Positions 10,963-22,925 of a DNA stretch of 64,000 bases are shown in pieces. The stretch covers positions 69,316,001-69,380,000 of the forward strand of contig NC_042998.1 of assembly GCF_006345805.1 (NCBI RefSeq), written 5' to 3'. Every line of letters starts with the position of its first letter. Within the stretch, counting starts at the first letter, position 1. The position numbers were made by a program, and so were the translations under genes. The DNA comes from Octopus sinensis. Taxonomy: Eukaryota. The notes under the pieces are model-generated. The model saw only the letters and a program-made list of their open reading frames with translations, ran no database searches and was not told the DNA's origin.

Positions 10963-11150
10963 ATGACTGAGAAACTATTTACAGCTTCTATTCTTTTCCT
11001 TCAATACATTAACTCATGCTTTACTGTCATTGCTTTACAACATACACACTCACACACATACACACAGAGGTACTCCTACGCAGATGATCCAACCTGTCAC
11101 AACCTTAAAATCATTTGGAACACATGCTTTGTCATTCAAGCAACACATTT
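10963..11150 (+). pseudogene. possible LINE reverse-transcriptase remnant
   Basis: ORF contains SILFLQYINS..RYSYADD, resembling the LF.lYIND..YADD motifs, with a CA microsatellite between them. Flanking RT motifs are not recognisable. Confidence 0.3.
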
Positions 11151-11829
11151 AAATATTGTAGACCATGTTGAAGAAACAGTTGTAAAACTGATTGATGACT
11201 TTTCATTAACAATACCCTACAAACATAAACCAACTAACATGGTGTATATAACCCCTATGACTGTGTTTCCTGTCCTTCTGAATTAGCAGATGAGTATCAT
11301 ACCATCCATGTTCCACTGATTAGCCCTTTATTTCTTTATGTGCCATTTCCTAAACCCCTTATTGCGTTAATCTTTGTCTATGCCTCCTCTACAGACACTA
11401 AACCTATAGAAATTCAATCTGAACACCAACTGTTTTGATATCATCAGTATATAAGGAGGGCCTCTAATGTTTTTATTTAATTACCAAGTCAAGGAGGATA
11501 AAGATTAGGGTTCTCATAGCCCTTTTAATGAATCAATCAATTGAACATGAACATGGTGATACACAGTTTGCTAGTTCTGAAGAGCAGGAACCAGAGCTGC
11601 AGTGGTTATATACATCATGGTTGGAGGGTGTTAAGTGAAAGGTTACCAGTCAGTTTGATGGCTTTGTGTTTTTGAACTCTTTGCCCGTCCAAAGCATATT
11701 TTCATAGGTTTGTCCTAATTGTCCATGCTTGTTTTTGGACCTTTAGTTAGCCCTTGTTTCAGCTGTTCTGAGCAACATAAAGCTCTCTTTCTATACGTCC
11801 CAAGTTTGCTCCAGTATCTTTTATCTTGT

Positions 11830-12155
11830 CATCTTTTTACATGTTTCAGTCATTAGAATGCAGCCATGCTGGAGCACAGCCATGATGAAGTTTTAGTTGA
11901 GTGAATCAACCCCAGTACTAATTTTTTTGTTTTTAAGCCTGTTTCTTGGACTCTTCTGTTGAACTGCTATGTTATATGGATGTAAACACACCAACATTGG
12001 CTGTCAAGCAATGTTGGGGGAAAACACAGTCACACACGAAATTTACTGACAAGGCTTTGGTTGACCTGAAGTTATGGTAGAAGACATTTGTCCAAAGTGC
12101 CATGCAGTGGGACTGAACCTGGAACCACATGATTGAGAAGCAAGCTTCTTACTAC
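11830..12155 (-). mobile_element. SINE family B, near full length
   Basis: Reverse complement of head, core and tail, diverged. Confidence 0.8.
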
Positions 12156-12164
12156 ACGTAGGAA

Positions 12165-12764
12165 TGTGCATCGTATATGATGAATGGACACCAGGGAGAT
12201 ATGTCTTGTGTATTGCATGTGATACGTAGGACAGGCAAAGGGTTAACGTGACCTACAGTCTTTACCTGTGTAGCAATAGTACATGTTTGAGGTGTGTGAA
12301 CTGTGTTCTCACAACCAAATAATTATGTCTCCTTCCAGATCAGTAACTGTTCTGAGCTGTGATACTTTCTGGTCCTAAACAAAATTGCTTGAATGAAATG
12401 TTTATGTTATAATTGTATATTCAGGATGAATGATTACCATGAATTTGTGATGTCTGACAAACGTTGAGATTGTGCAGGTTTACATTGTCTTGTCACCATG
12501 AGACGAGAGGGCGTGGCCTTCGGTGCTCCTGTCATAACACAAGTGATTATGTCTTCATTCAGTAAATCTAGGTTGGCATGCGCTCACTGCGAAATACATT
12601 CAAAGACTTTGTTCAATGAAATGTATATACATTTATATACACTTACCTGGCAGGTAGTATTTAGGTTGGGTTTGGATCACACTTCTATGTTTGTTGTATG
12701 TGCACATACAAGTACCCATGAACACACACATTGTACTGAGTCTGCTTGATCACGGTTTCAAATC
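12165..12764 (-). pseudogene. probable decayed tandem EGF-repeat gene fragment with two short introns
   Basis: Frameshift-corrected reading RDQADSY.CVC..GY..TNIE.CDPNP.LNTTCQ, ACQPRFTE, EDIITC, YTGKDC..VNP.CLS. AT-rich GT-AG introns at 12587-12646 (60 nt) and 12375-12437 (63 nt). Confidence 0.45.
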
Positions 12765-12894
12765 CTGTAAACTCTGATTAAGGTCTGTAGTCATGGGTCA
12801 TTGGTATAGAGCAGTGGTTCCCAACCTTCTCACTACCAAGACCACTTTTATTTAAATTAATGTTCCCACAGACCCCTTTAATATGCTTATCTCT

Positions 12895-13088
12895 CTTTAC
12901 TCTTTCTACCCTTTTACTCTTTTACTTGTTTCAGTCATGTGACTGTGGCCATGCTGGAGCACCGACTTTTAGTCAAGCAAATCAACCCCAGGACTTATTC
13001 TTTGTAAGCCTAGTACTTATTCTATCGGTCTCTTTTGCCGAACTGCTAAGTTACGGGGACGTAAACACACCAGCATCGGTTGTCAAGC
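12895..13088 (-). mobile_element. SINE family B 3' half
   Basis: Near-consensus reverse complement of the tail. It follows a hAT-like end (cagtggttcccaacc, ~12811). Confidence 0.85.
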
Positions 13089-13164
13089 TGATTGGTTGGT
13101 TTAGGCGTCACACTTTGTTGAACATGTTCAACAAAGCGTGACTCCTAAACCAACCAATCAGCTT
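13085..13164. repeat. 80-bp loopless palindrome
   Basis: aagctgattggttggtttagg..gaac|atgttc..cctaaaccaaccaatcagctt with 2 mismatches. Confidence 0.9.
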
Positions 13165-13482
13165 AAGTAATTGAGTGATGCTACACACTGATTGGTCAGA
13201 GTACAGTTTGCAAAACCTAGCAATCTGGAGCCCACACAGGTGTATTTAAGGCACAGATTTAACCATCTCGCTACAGTCAAAAATTGTGAAGCATGACTGT
13301 CACCACTACTACATGAACCTGAAGATTGCATAATTTAATGCATGAAAGTACTAGTTCAATCAGAATGAACATTTAACATTCTACTATTTTATTTTATTCT
13401 ATTATATTAAATAATCTTATATTATATCATTCTAAGATTGTAAATAAAACGTGAAAATCAGACAAGGTTGGAATTCCTTTTA

Positions 13483-13519
<37 letters not shown>

Positions 13520-14454
13520 CCTTAAGATGGGGGAACGTGCAATGAAGATAGTTTGATTTTTGTCTCAAGTATAGTAACAACTCTAAGCATGTTTCACTGT
13601 AATTTGACCTCATTTGTCTACTCTTATCATGATTTGCCAGCTCTTTTCCAGGCCAATGGAATAAAATATAGTGTTTGTGTGAATGAACGGTGATAGGAGT
13701 GACAACTATAAAACTATAAATAAACGGAAATTTTTCAGGGGTGCCTTCTTCATGAAAAACACATAGTTAAATAGAGTAATATAGCGAGCAACTTGTTTAA
13801 ATATATATCTTTCTTTTTGTAATTAATTAAAATTGCATCCTTTGTGTAGAAAAATATATTAAATTTCACAATTAATTCCTGCAAAGCAAGTCAGTCGTTG
13901 ATTGTTTGTTAAACAATTTCATCACAGTATTGAATGGCTAAGAATGTGTTTACAATAACTAACCCTTCTTTCAGTACATTAACCATCTTCTCGCTGTCAC
14001 CACTTTCAGTATATATATATACTCACACACGCACAAACATATATACACAGAGGCACACCTAGGCATATGGACACCACCTGTTATGCCTTAAAAACATCCA
14101 ACAAGCATGCTTCGTCATCCAAATGTAACTGAGATATATCACATTTCCCTCACACTTCTTTCATGTCTATCAGGCTTGACAGATTAATTTCATAAAAAGG
14201 AGTATGTAATGAAAATTTTGCTAGTGAATGTGTATATATACATATATGTATGTATCTCTATCTGTCTGTCTGTGTGTGAGATGAATGAGCAAAAACAAGA
14301 AAACACAATTAGAGGGACAAATTTTAACACAGGTGTCATAAGTCTAATGCTTAAAAGGAAAGAGAAAGATCGTAAACATTTCGGACATTTGTCCATCATC
14401 AGAAAAATAAAAAAAGGAGGAAAAGTGGTAGAAAAAAAGGGAAGAAAAGGTAGT

Positions 14455-14602
14455 TAGCGTTAGGAAGGGCATTCGGTTGTAGAAACCATGTCAAAGAAAA
14501 CACTGGAACACCATGCCATCCTTGGACCCACCGGATTATAGCACACTGTTCAATCCATTGTCATGGAACATGGATGTTAAATGACAACAAGAATGATGAT
14601 GA
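14455..14602 (+). mobile_element. family D tail, degraded
   Basis: gcgttaggaagggcattcggttgtagaaacc..gatgttaaatgacaacaagaatgatgatga. Confidence 0.6.
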
Positions 14603-15081
14603 TACCAATCACTTTCAAAACCTGACACACTGCAGTAGGGGCATCCTAACCAATTCCAGTCAGATGTCTGTGTTTATAGTCTTTTCCAAACTTTCCACAA
14701 GTAATGACTGGTTGGAGACGTCCATCTAGATGATCTGCTGACCAAAGTTTCTAAAAATGTACATTTCAGCAAAGTATGGTACATGTTGAGTCATTTTGCG
14801 AGGGACAAATCGCTAACCCTAAACGATTTACCACATGAAATATATTGCTACAAGTCACTATTGTTGATTGTGACCCTCTTGCCAACTGCAACTGGAAGAA
14901 TTTCTTCTGTAACTGGCAGCTGAGTTCACAAAGCCATTTTCCTTATGTTCTTTCAAAGTTGCATATGGTCTACATTTTGTCGAACACTTTAATCTCTGAA
15001 ATGTTTAATTTTGAAACCTTTTTAGCTTCTTTGTCAACTTATTTGGTATTTTCTGCTGTAAGTCTTCTTTTTATTTTGTTA

Positions 15082-15596
15082 CTAGCAGCATAGCCCGGCA
15101 TTGCCCGGGTATGTAAGAGCTCCTAGAGCAGACATGATGCTCGCTGCGAATTTTTTAAAAAATCCTGCTAATTTGTGAAAGATATTGTCGAAAATATGTA
15201 ATCTTGAATTTGAACGCGATTTCCCAAAATGGCATGATTTTATCGATTTTTTCTGATGGTAAGGTATTGCATGGAAAACTAACGTCAGAATTAAGTTTCT
15301 TAGGGTAACATTAAGCTTCACCATGAGTTTGGTGAAAATCGATTGCAAGTTGCGAAAACTACAACAGAAAATGTGTTGCAAATAAAAAGCTCAGATTCTC
15401 GACCCCATGTCGGATTTATCGATTTTTTTCAGAACTGGTGAAACTTTTCAAAATTTTCGCCGCGTTAGTTTTGAATTATGACATTGGGCTATGTGTGTGT
15501 CAAGTTTCATCAGAATCGGTTAAAAGCCGTGGCCAGGGTGAGGGTACAACCTGACAGACACACAGACAGACAAACTGCCGTTTGTATATAGAGAGA
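15082..15596 (-). mobile_element. non-autonomous Helitron
   Basis: Minus strand a|TC start, 3' hairpin cccgggcaatgccggg then CTAG|t. Confidence 0.8.
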
Positions 15597-15909
15597 TATT
15601 GTTTATTACAAAGTGATTTTGCTTCATATAGGATCCAGTGGTAGTTGTGTAGTTAAGATGATCTCATCACAACCACATGGTTCTGCGTTTGACTCCACCG
15701 CAAGGTTTCTTGAGAAAAAGTTCCTACCTGCAACGTGCCGCCTGGGTCGGCAAGGTAGGCAGTGCCTACTCTGAATGTAATAGATCGATAGTTACATTTT
15801 GTTTTTACGTCAAAATATACACCTAATTCAATAAAATTATGAAGGTTACTCTGATTACTATGCATAAAATGCAAAATATTTGATTTTTTTGTAGATTATG
15901 TAGGAATAA

Positions 15910-16180
15910 TTCGCCCCCGCCTTTCGCTCTCAGTATTTAAACTACACATAGTACTACTGTAGTACACGAGCTGCATACATTCCTACAACGTTTTCTTTAC
16001 GCGCCGTAAAGGCAGAAGCAAATCTGCCTTCATCTCAGTCGCGCACTTATGTTTCGCTTATTTTTTGCGTGTTTTGCTACATAAACGTCGCCAACTGTTT
16101 ACCCTGAGTAATTACTGACGGCACGTGCCTGGTTTCTGCAAAAGCCTTAGATTGGCTAAAACGTTGCGAGTTGAATTTGG
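15910..16180. promoter_or_regulatory. CpG-enriched promoter-like island
   Basis: Local CpG enrichment, GC box cccccgcc, CCAAT box (gattggct, ~16150). No repeat match noticed and no transcript evidence. Confidence 0.25.
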
Positions 16181-16429
16181 GAAATGGAAATTATGCTAAA
16201 ACCCATCCTAGATAGTTGGGTCCATTGAATAAGAACACCTTTATGTAATAATGGCCAATATAAATATTGGCTGGTTGGTTAAATTTTGTTCTCGTGCTTT
16301 ACTTCGTATAGAGAGAGAAAGAGAAAGAGTAAATGAGAGATACTGAAAGAGTTAACATCAGACGCGACTTTCTAAAAAATATATTTCTTTAATGAAATTT
16401 TGCAGAGATGGGTTTTCAATGGAGTTATC

Positions 16430-16935
16430 ATCATCATCATAGTTTAACGTCCGTTTTCCATGCTAGCATGGGTTGGACGGTTCAACTGGGGTCTGGGAAG
16501 CCAGGAGGCTGCACCAGGCTCCAGTCTGATCTGGCAGTGTTTCTACAGCTGGATGCCCTTCCTAACGCCAACCACTTAGTGAGTGTAGTGGGTATTTTTT
16601 ACGTACCAACGGCCATGATCGGTTGGTGCTTTTTATGTGCCACCGGCACGGAAGCCAGTCAAGGCGGCGCTGGCATCGGCCACGTTCGGATGGTGCTTTT
16701 TATGTGCTACCGGCACGGAGATCACATCTACAATTTTCATTTTGATGTTGATGTACTTGACTCAATAGGTCTCCTCAAGCACAGCATGTCGCCCTACGAT
16801 CCAAGGTACTTTTGAATGGGCTGGGGCTGGTTATGCGAAACTGGTGTAGGATACAGCCATGAACTCACTTTATTTGCCGAGTCTTCGCAGTCACAGCATA
16901 TCTCCAGAGATCTCAGTCTTTCGTCATTGCCTGAG
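16430..16935 (-). mobile_element. RTE-clade LINE 3' end (ORF2 C-terminus + 3'UTR = family D tail)
   Basis: Minus-strand translation AMTKD*DLWRYAVTAKTRQIK* (DR..WR-type motif), followed by UTR, aaaagcacc repeats and a (GAT)n terminus. Confidence 0.65.
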
Positions 16936-17144
16936 AAAATGTTAATAAAATTTAGAAAATACTAACATATTTATTCATTGTAAATATGCAAATGAGAAAT
17001 TCGTTTTATCTAATTTTATTTTAAATTAATAATATTTTAGTTTTGAAATAATATTCATTGTTTCATCATCATAAGCATCAAGAAATTTTTATGCCATACT
17101 TTCTAATATCACCCATTGTGTCACTCATTGTATATTTCCAAAGT

Positions 17145-17650
17145 TAAGCACCAGTCAGTCATGGTCGATGCCAGTGCCTCAACTGGCACCCGTGTCAGTG
17201 GCACGTAAAAAAACACCACCCGAACGTAGTTGATGTCAGTACCCCCGACTGGCTCCTGTGTCAGTGGCACATAAAAAGCACTACCCGTAGGTGGTTGATG
17301 CTGATACCCCCTGATTGGCACCCTTGCTGGTGGCACGTAAAAAGCACCATCCAAACGTGGTCAATGCCAGTGCCTCCTGATTGGCTCCTGTGTCAGTGGC
17401 ACATAAAAAGCACCATCCTAACGTGGTCGATGCGGGTGCCCACTGACTGGCTCCCGTACTGGTGGCACGTAAAAAGCACCCACTACACTCTCGGAGTGGT
17501 TGTCGTTAGGAAGGGCATCCAGCTGTAGAAACATTGCTAGATCAGACTGGAACCTGGTGCAGCTCATTGGCTTGCCAGTCCTCACTCAAACCGTCCAACC
17601 CATGCCAGCATAGAAAGCGGAGGTTAAACGGTGATGGAGATGATGATGAT
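17145..17650 (+). mobile_element. family D tail with 66-bp VNTR (5 units)
   Basis: tggcac(g/a)taaaaagcac at 17199, 17265, 17331, 17397 and 17463. Ends ..gttaaacggtgatggagatgatgat. Confidence 0.8.
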
Positions 17651-17671
17651 ACACACAAACACACGCACGCA

Positions 17672-17735
<64 letters not shown>

Positions 17736-18073
17736 TGTATGTAGTGTTTTAAATAGAACCGACTTACACCCCTAATTAGAATATTCTTTTAAATAACAAT
17801 TTTCAGTTATCATGTGTTTAGTCCTTTATTTGATTTATGCATTCCCCAGTCGTTTAATTAGGTAGATTCAAAAATATTACACACACTATATATTAAGCAC
17901 GTGATATTTTTACAGTACACCGTTATTACACACACACACACAGAGACACACACGTATTGTGCGTACCATACACTTGTACCATACACTGTTAGTTTTGGCA
18001 CCATATCTTGAATTTCATCTTTTATACATTTCTCATTCCTATTTCTGTTTCCACTTTCTTCTCTCTTTGACAG

Positions 18074-18122
<49 letters not shown>

Positions 18123-18419
18123 GCTTCTTCTTTCTTCCGGGTAATGCCTCGGTTATTTCGGTTGAAATAGATGTGTTAAGAGTGCAAAAGGCTTTTTTTA
18201 CTTTTTTCTTTCGTTTTGTTTTCTGTTTTTGTTTTCTTTGTCAGTGGGGTTGATTATATCCCAGGGCAGTATTGTGTTTCCCAACCGGAATTCCCTGAAA
18301 CCCTAGAGGTTCCACAAGAAATAACAATAAATGGATATATTATATGCAAATGTATTTTTTAGTCAATTTTGTTGTTGTTTAATTCTGTATTTGTAATTAT
18401 ATTTAAGACGTGGATATAT

Positions 18420-18840
18420 CGTAAAGAAACTTGCTTTGCACCCACACGGTTTTGGGTTCAGTCCCATTGTGTGACACTTGAGCAAGTGACGTCTACTATA
18501 GCCCTCGGGGTGACCAAAGCTTTGTGAGTGAATATGCTCGATGGAAACCATGGGGAAGCCCGTCAGTACCACCTGACTGGCACCCGTGCCGGTGGCACAG
18601 AAAAAGTACCATTCGAGGCTGGTTGATGTCAGTGTCGTCTGACTGGCTCCTGTGCCGATGGCACGTAAAAAGCATTCACTACACTCTCGGAGTGGTTGGC
18701 GTTAGGAAGGGGGATCCAGCTGTAGAAACCTTGTCAAATGAGATTGGAGCCTGGTGCAGCCTCCTGGTTTGCTAGTCCTCAGTCAAACCGTCTAACCCAT
18801 GCCAGCATGGAAAGCAGACGTTAAACGATGATGATGATGA
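18420..18840 (+). mobile_element. chimeric SINE: B head + D (RTE) tail
   Basis: B core ends gaagcccgtc and runs directly into two D repeat units and the D terminus. Confidence 0.75.
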
Positions 18841-18965
18841 TATATAGTGTGTGTGTGTGTGTGTATCTTTGTGTCTTTCCCTCCGCTGCTTGCAAAAACC
18901 GTAACTTAGCGGTTCGGTAAAGGTGATTGACAGAATGAGTATCGTATATAACATATATAACATGT

Positions 18966-19129
18966 AGGCACAGGAGTGGCTGTGTGGTAAGTTGCTTGCT
19001 TACCAACCACATGGTTCCGGGTTCATTCCCACTGTGTGGCACCTTGGGCAAGTGTCTTCTACTATAGCCTTGGGCCAACCAAAGCCTTGTGAGTGGATTT
19101 GGTAGACAGAAACTGAAAGAAGCCTGTCG

Positions 19130-19166
<37 letters not shown>

Positions 19167-19325
19167 TTGTCCCCCCCCCCAACATCGCTTGACAAACATG
19201 GTGGTGTGTTTACGACCCCTTAACTTAGCGGTTCGACAAAAGAGACCGATAGAATAAGTACTAGGCATCCACACAGAATAACCGCAGTGAAATGACTGAA
19301 ACAAATAAGAGTAAAGAGAAAAGAG
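18966..19325 (+). mobile_element. SINE family B, full length
   Basis: Head, CORE-like segment, TA/TG linker and tail. Confidence 0.9.
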
Positions 19326-19383
19326 AAGGAGTATTTCAAAGTGAACAAACCTTTTTATATGAAACCGAACGTCACTTCTTCCT

Positions 19384-19422
<39 letters not shown>

Positions 19423-19717
19423 GTACACATACACCTAATTAGAAAATACTGCCTAAATTTCACGTGACTCACCTCAAAGCAAAGGAAAGAAGAGATATAA
19501 TCTATGGAATCGATTAGGTTATTGATTAGCTTTATAGATTGACAGACATCAGAGGTATGTAAATGACATAAGAGGTAAGTAGGCATTATAGATCGATACC
19601 AAGTGGCGTATAGATGACAAGGTGAATGCTGGCGAGATTTGAACTCCGGATGCAATATATTCCTTTACATACTTTTATTGTAATTGAATATATCGATTAC
19701 TGTTACATTCAATGCAT

Positions 19718-20097
19718 CGTGGTACTCCGTCGGTCGCGACGACGAGGGTTTCAGTTGATCCGATCAACAGAACAGCTTGCTCGTGAAATTAACGTGCAAG
19801 TGGCTGAACACTCCACAGACACGTGTACCCTTAACGTAGTTCTCGGGGGAGATTCAGCATGACATAGTGTGACAAAGTAGGCCCGTTGAATACAGGTACA
19901 ACAGAAACAGGAAGTAAGTGTGAGAGAAAGTTGTGGTGAAAGAGTATAGCAGGGTTCGCCACCACCCCCTGCCGGAGCCATGTGGAACTTTAGGTGTTTT
20001 CGCTCAATAAACACTCATAACGCCTGGCTTGGGAATCGAAACCGCAATACTATGACCGTGAGTCCGCTGCTCTAACCACCAGGCCATTGCGCCTCCA
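19718..20097 (-). mobile_element. SINE family C, full length
   Basis: Reverse-complement head ggcgcaatggcctggtggttag..gtgagttcgattccc, tail ..gttgatcggatcaactgaaaccctcgtcgtcg. Confidence 0.8.
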
Positions 20098-20134
20098 CTA
20101 TTCAGTGTATACCACACACGCGCACGCACACACA

Positions 20135-20482
20135 TGTATGTATGTATGTATGTATGTATGTATGTATGTATGTATGTATGTATGTATGTATGTATGTATG
20201 TATGTATGTATGTATGTATGTATGTATGTATGTATGTATGTATGTATGTATGTATGTATGTATGTAGTATGTATGTATGTATGTATGTATGTATGTATGT
20301 ATGTATGTATGTATGTATGTAGTATGTATGTATGTATGTATGTATGTATGTATGTATGTATGTATGTATGTATGTATGTATGTATTATGTATGTATGTAT
20401 GTATGTATGTATGTATGTATGTATGTATGTATGTATGTATGTATGTATGTATGTATGTATGTATGTATGTATGTATGTATGT
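20135..20482. repeat. (ATGT)n microsatellite, ~350 bp
   Basis: Seen directly. Source of the MYVC/HTYI ORFs. Confidence 0.98.
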
Positions 20483-20584
20483 GTTTGTGTGGACTGTGTC
20501 TGTATGTCAATCTTGCATCCAGAAACTACGAAACTTGCCTCCACCGCCAACCAAAAAACCACATATATCATTATTCGCCATCTA

Positions 20585-20764
20585 GGTGCAGGCATGGCGG
20601 CATGATAATAAGTTTGCTTCCCAACCACATGGTTCTGGGTTCAGTCCCACTGCGTGGTACCTTAAGCACCTGTCTTCTACTATAGCCTCGACCCGAGGAT
20701 ACAGTAGTAGGATTTGATTGACGGAAACTGAAAGAAGCCCGTTGTGTGTGTGTGTGCGTGTGTG

Positions 20765-20800
<36 letters not shown>

Positions 20801-21196
20801 ATATGTGTGTGTGTATATATGTGTGTATATGTTGTGTGTGTATATATGTGTGTGTGTATATATGTGTGTGTGTATGTGTGTATATATGTGTGTGTGTGTG
20901 TGTGTTGTGTATATATGTGTGTGTGGTGTGTGTATATATGTGTGTGTGTTATATATATGTGTGTGTGGTGTGTTATATATGTGTGTGTGTGTGTGTATAT
21001 ATGTGTGTGTGTGTGTGTGTATATATATGTGTGGTGTGTGTGTATATATATATGTGTGTGTGTATATATATATATGTGTGTGTGTGTGTGTTATATATGT
21101 GGTGTGTGTGTGTGTATATATATGTGTGTGTGTGTGTGTATATATATATGTGTGTGTGTGTGTATATATATATGTGTGTGTGTGTGTATATATATA

Positions 21197-21229
<33 letters not shown>

Positions 21230-21420
21230 GTGTGTGTGTGTATGCTATTGGTGTGTTTACAGCCCTGTAACTTAGCGGTTCGGCAAATGCGACCGGCAGG
21301 ATAAGTAGCAGGATCGATTTGTAATAAGTATTAGGGTCTAATTGTTCGACTACAATTCTTCAAGGCGGTGCCCCAGCATGGCCGCAATCTAATGACTGAA
21401 ACAAGTAAAAGATAAAAGAT
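20585..21420 (+). mobile_element. SINE family B with ~500-bp expanded (TG/TA) linker
   Basis: Head at 20585-20740, microsatellite at 20745-21245, tail at 21250-21420. Confidence 0.85.
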
Positions 21421-21827
21421 AAATTGTTGATTTTGTTGTATTGCATTATGGGAAATTGCTGTAGAGGGGGCTTCCCCCACCTGTACAAAACTATCGCCTG
21501 GTACATGTAGGAATAATTATTTTTTAATTCTCATCCGACTTCCACCACATTTCAGCGACACAGAGTGTATGGATAATCAAAAGCCCGTTTATTTTCATTC
21601 ATTTTATATCAACTATTCTGTAAACAATGGCGTGCATTAGTTGCAAGTTTACAATCGACTCGTCACTGCTTCACTGCATTTAGAACGGTGAGAGTGACAA
21701 AAGAACGTCTGTGAAGTTCGAGCGGAACAAATACCACCAATGTAATTTTAGGTTGAAAAGACTGGCTTTCCACATTATTTCGGAGAAAGGTAAACACATA
21801 CACACGTACACCCCTACATACATATAT

Positions 21828-22491
21828 GTGGATGGTAGTGCATGGCCGTTTTTAGTTCGTGGAGTGATTCATCCACTTGATTCCGACAACGATCGAGACT
21901 CCGACCTGTTAACTCACACGTCGATTAGTGCTTTTCCAGTGGCGTATTGCTCCACGTGTTCGTCGTTAGTTCTGCGCATAAGCTGAGGTTTCACTCACTC
22001 CTCATTCTATAATCTCTGTTGCGGTGAACACCGAGTGGTGGTCGATATTGGTCAAGAATGTACTATGGTGGTGACGATGGTAACACGTCTACAGAAGACT
22101 GTACAAGGCGGCTCGATAATAGGGTGTGTGTGTGTGTGTGATATGCCCTTAGATGCCTGTAGCCGCACATACGCTAAATTATCAGCGGATAACTTTATTT
22201 AAACCGGAGGGGATTGGAAAAATCACTGAACCACCAATTGTGAAAGGGATCAGTATGTACAACGAGGAATTCCCATTAGGCGCAGATCACAACCCCCCGA
22301 CAATCCCCTTCTTGCTCTTTGTACACACAAAACCTGCTTCTACCGATCGAACGATTCGATGAAACGCGAGTTTGCAAGCTATGGCGGTGTTTCCTATCGA
22401 TTGATTCATTCGGTCCATTGTTGTTTTTAATGGCCGGAAGAAGATGATCGAATCCGATCACTTAGAGGAATTAGAAGTTGTAACATGGTTT
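21828..22491 (+). pseudogene. decayed 18S rRNA 3' portion (pseudogene)
   Basis: Ordered conserved blocks: gtgcatggccgtt..agtt..tggag, gattccgacaacgatcgagactc, atgcccttagatg, aacgaggaattccc, ctttgtacacac, ctaccgatcgaa, tagaggaa..aagttgtaacatggttt. Confidence 0.85.
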
Positions 22492-22549
22492 TTATAGTAC
22501 AAAGCTACCCATCTTTGTACAGCCTCTATGGCAAATGAAATGAAATAAA

Positions 22550-22925
22550 GTAGCTTGCTTACCAACCACATGGTTCCGGGTTCTTTCCCACTGCGTGGCA
22601 CATTGGGCAAGTGTCTTCTACTATAGCCTCGGTCTGACCAAAACCTTGTGAGTGGATTTGGTAGACGGAAACTGAAAGAAGCCCGTCGTATATATGTATA
22701 TTTATGTGTGTTTATATGTTTGTGTGTCTGTGTTTGTCCCCCCCCCCAACATCGCTTGACAAACCGATGGTGGTGTGTTGACGTCCCCGTAACTTAGCGG
22801 TTCGGCAAAAGAGACCGATAGAATAAGTACTAGGCATCCACAGAATAAGTCCTGTGGTCGATTTGCTCGACTAAAGGTGGTGCTCCAGAATGGCCGCAGT
22901 CAAATGACTGAAACAAGTAAAAGAG
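22550..22925 (+). mobile_element. SINE family B
   Basis: Near-consensus copy with a slightly clipped 5' end. Confidence 0.9.

Noticed and set aside
12641-12654. acttacctggcagg, matching the U1 snRNA 5' end
   Set aside because: The match stops after 14 nt. It is better explained as the complement of a splice donor.
12324-12764. Spliced frame interrupted only by TGA codons (selenoprotein-like)
   Set aside because: No SECIS or selenoprotein motif recognised, and a frameshifted EGF pseudogene explains the Cys pattern better.
14640-14860. Minus-strand ISCGKSF / TCGKFG words suggesting C2H2 zinc fingers
   Set aside because: The His ligands and linker spacing are missing.
17199-17480. Regularly spaced repeat resembling a CRISPR array
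   Set aside because: The 'spacers' are homologous to each other, there are no cas genes, and the array is a VNTR inside a eukaryotic retroposon tail.
18966-19040. tRNA-like heads with A/B boxes (many copies)
   Set aside because: They lack a complete cloverleaf and run into SINE bodies, so they are not tRNA genes.
19460-19585. Isolated splice-donor-like motifs on both strands
   Set aside because: No associated open exon or acceptor. Such motifs are expected by chance.
20087-21304. Long ORFs of MYVC, HTYI, CV and YI repeats (also at 6785-7498, 34372-34811, 40236-40748, 47722-48023, 49407-49882, 55253-55785, 61268-61667)
   Set aside because: These are stop-free frames of (ATGT)n, (TG)n and (TA)n microsatellites, not genes.
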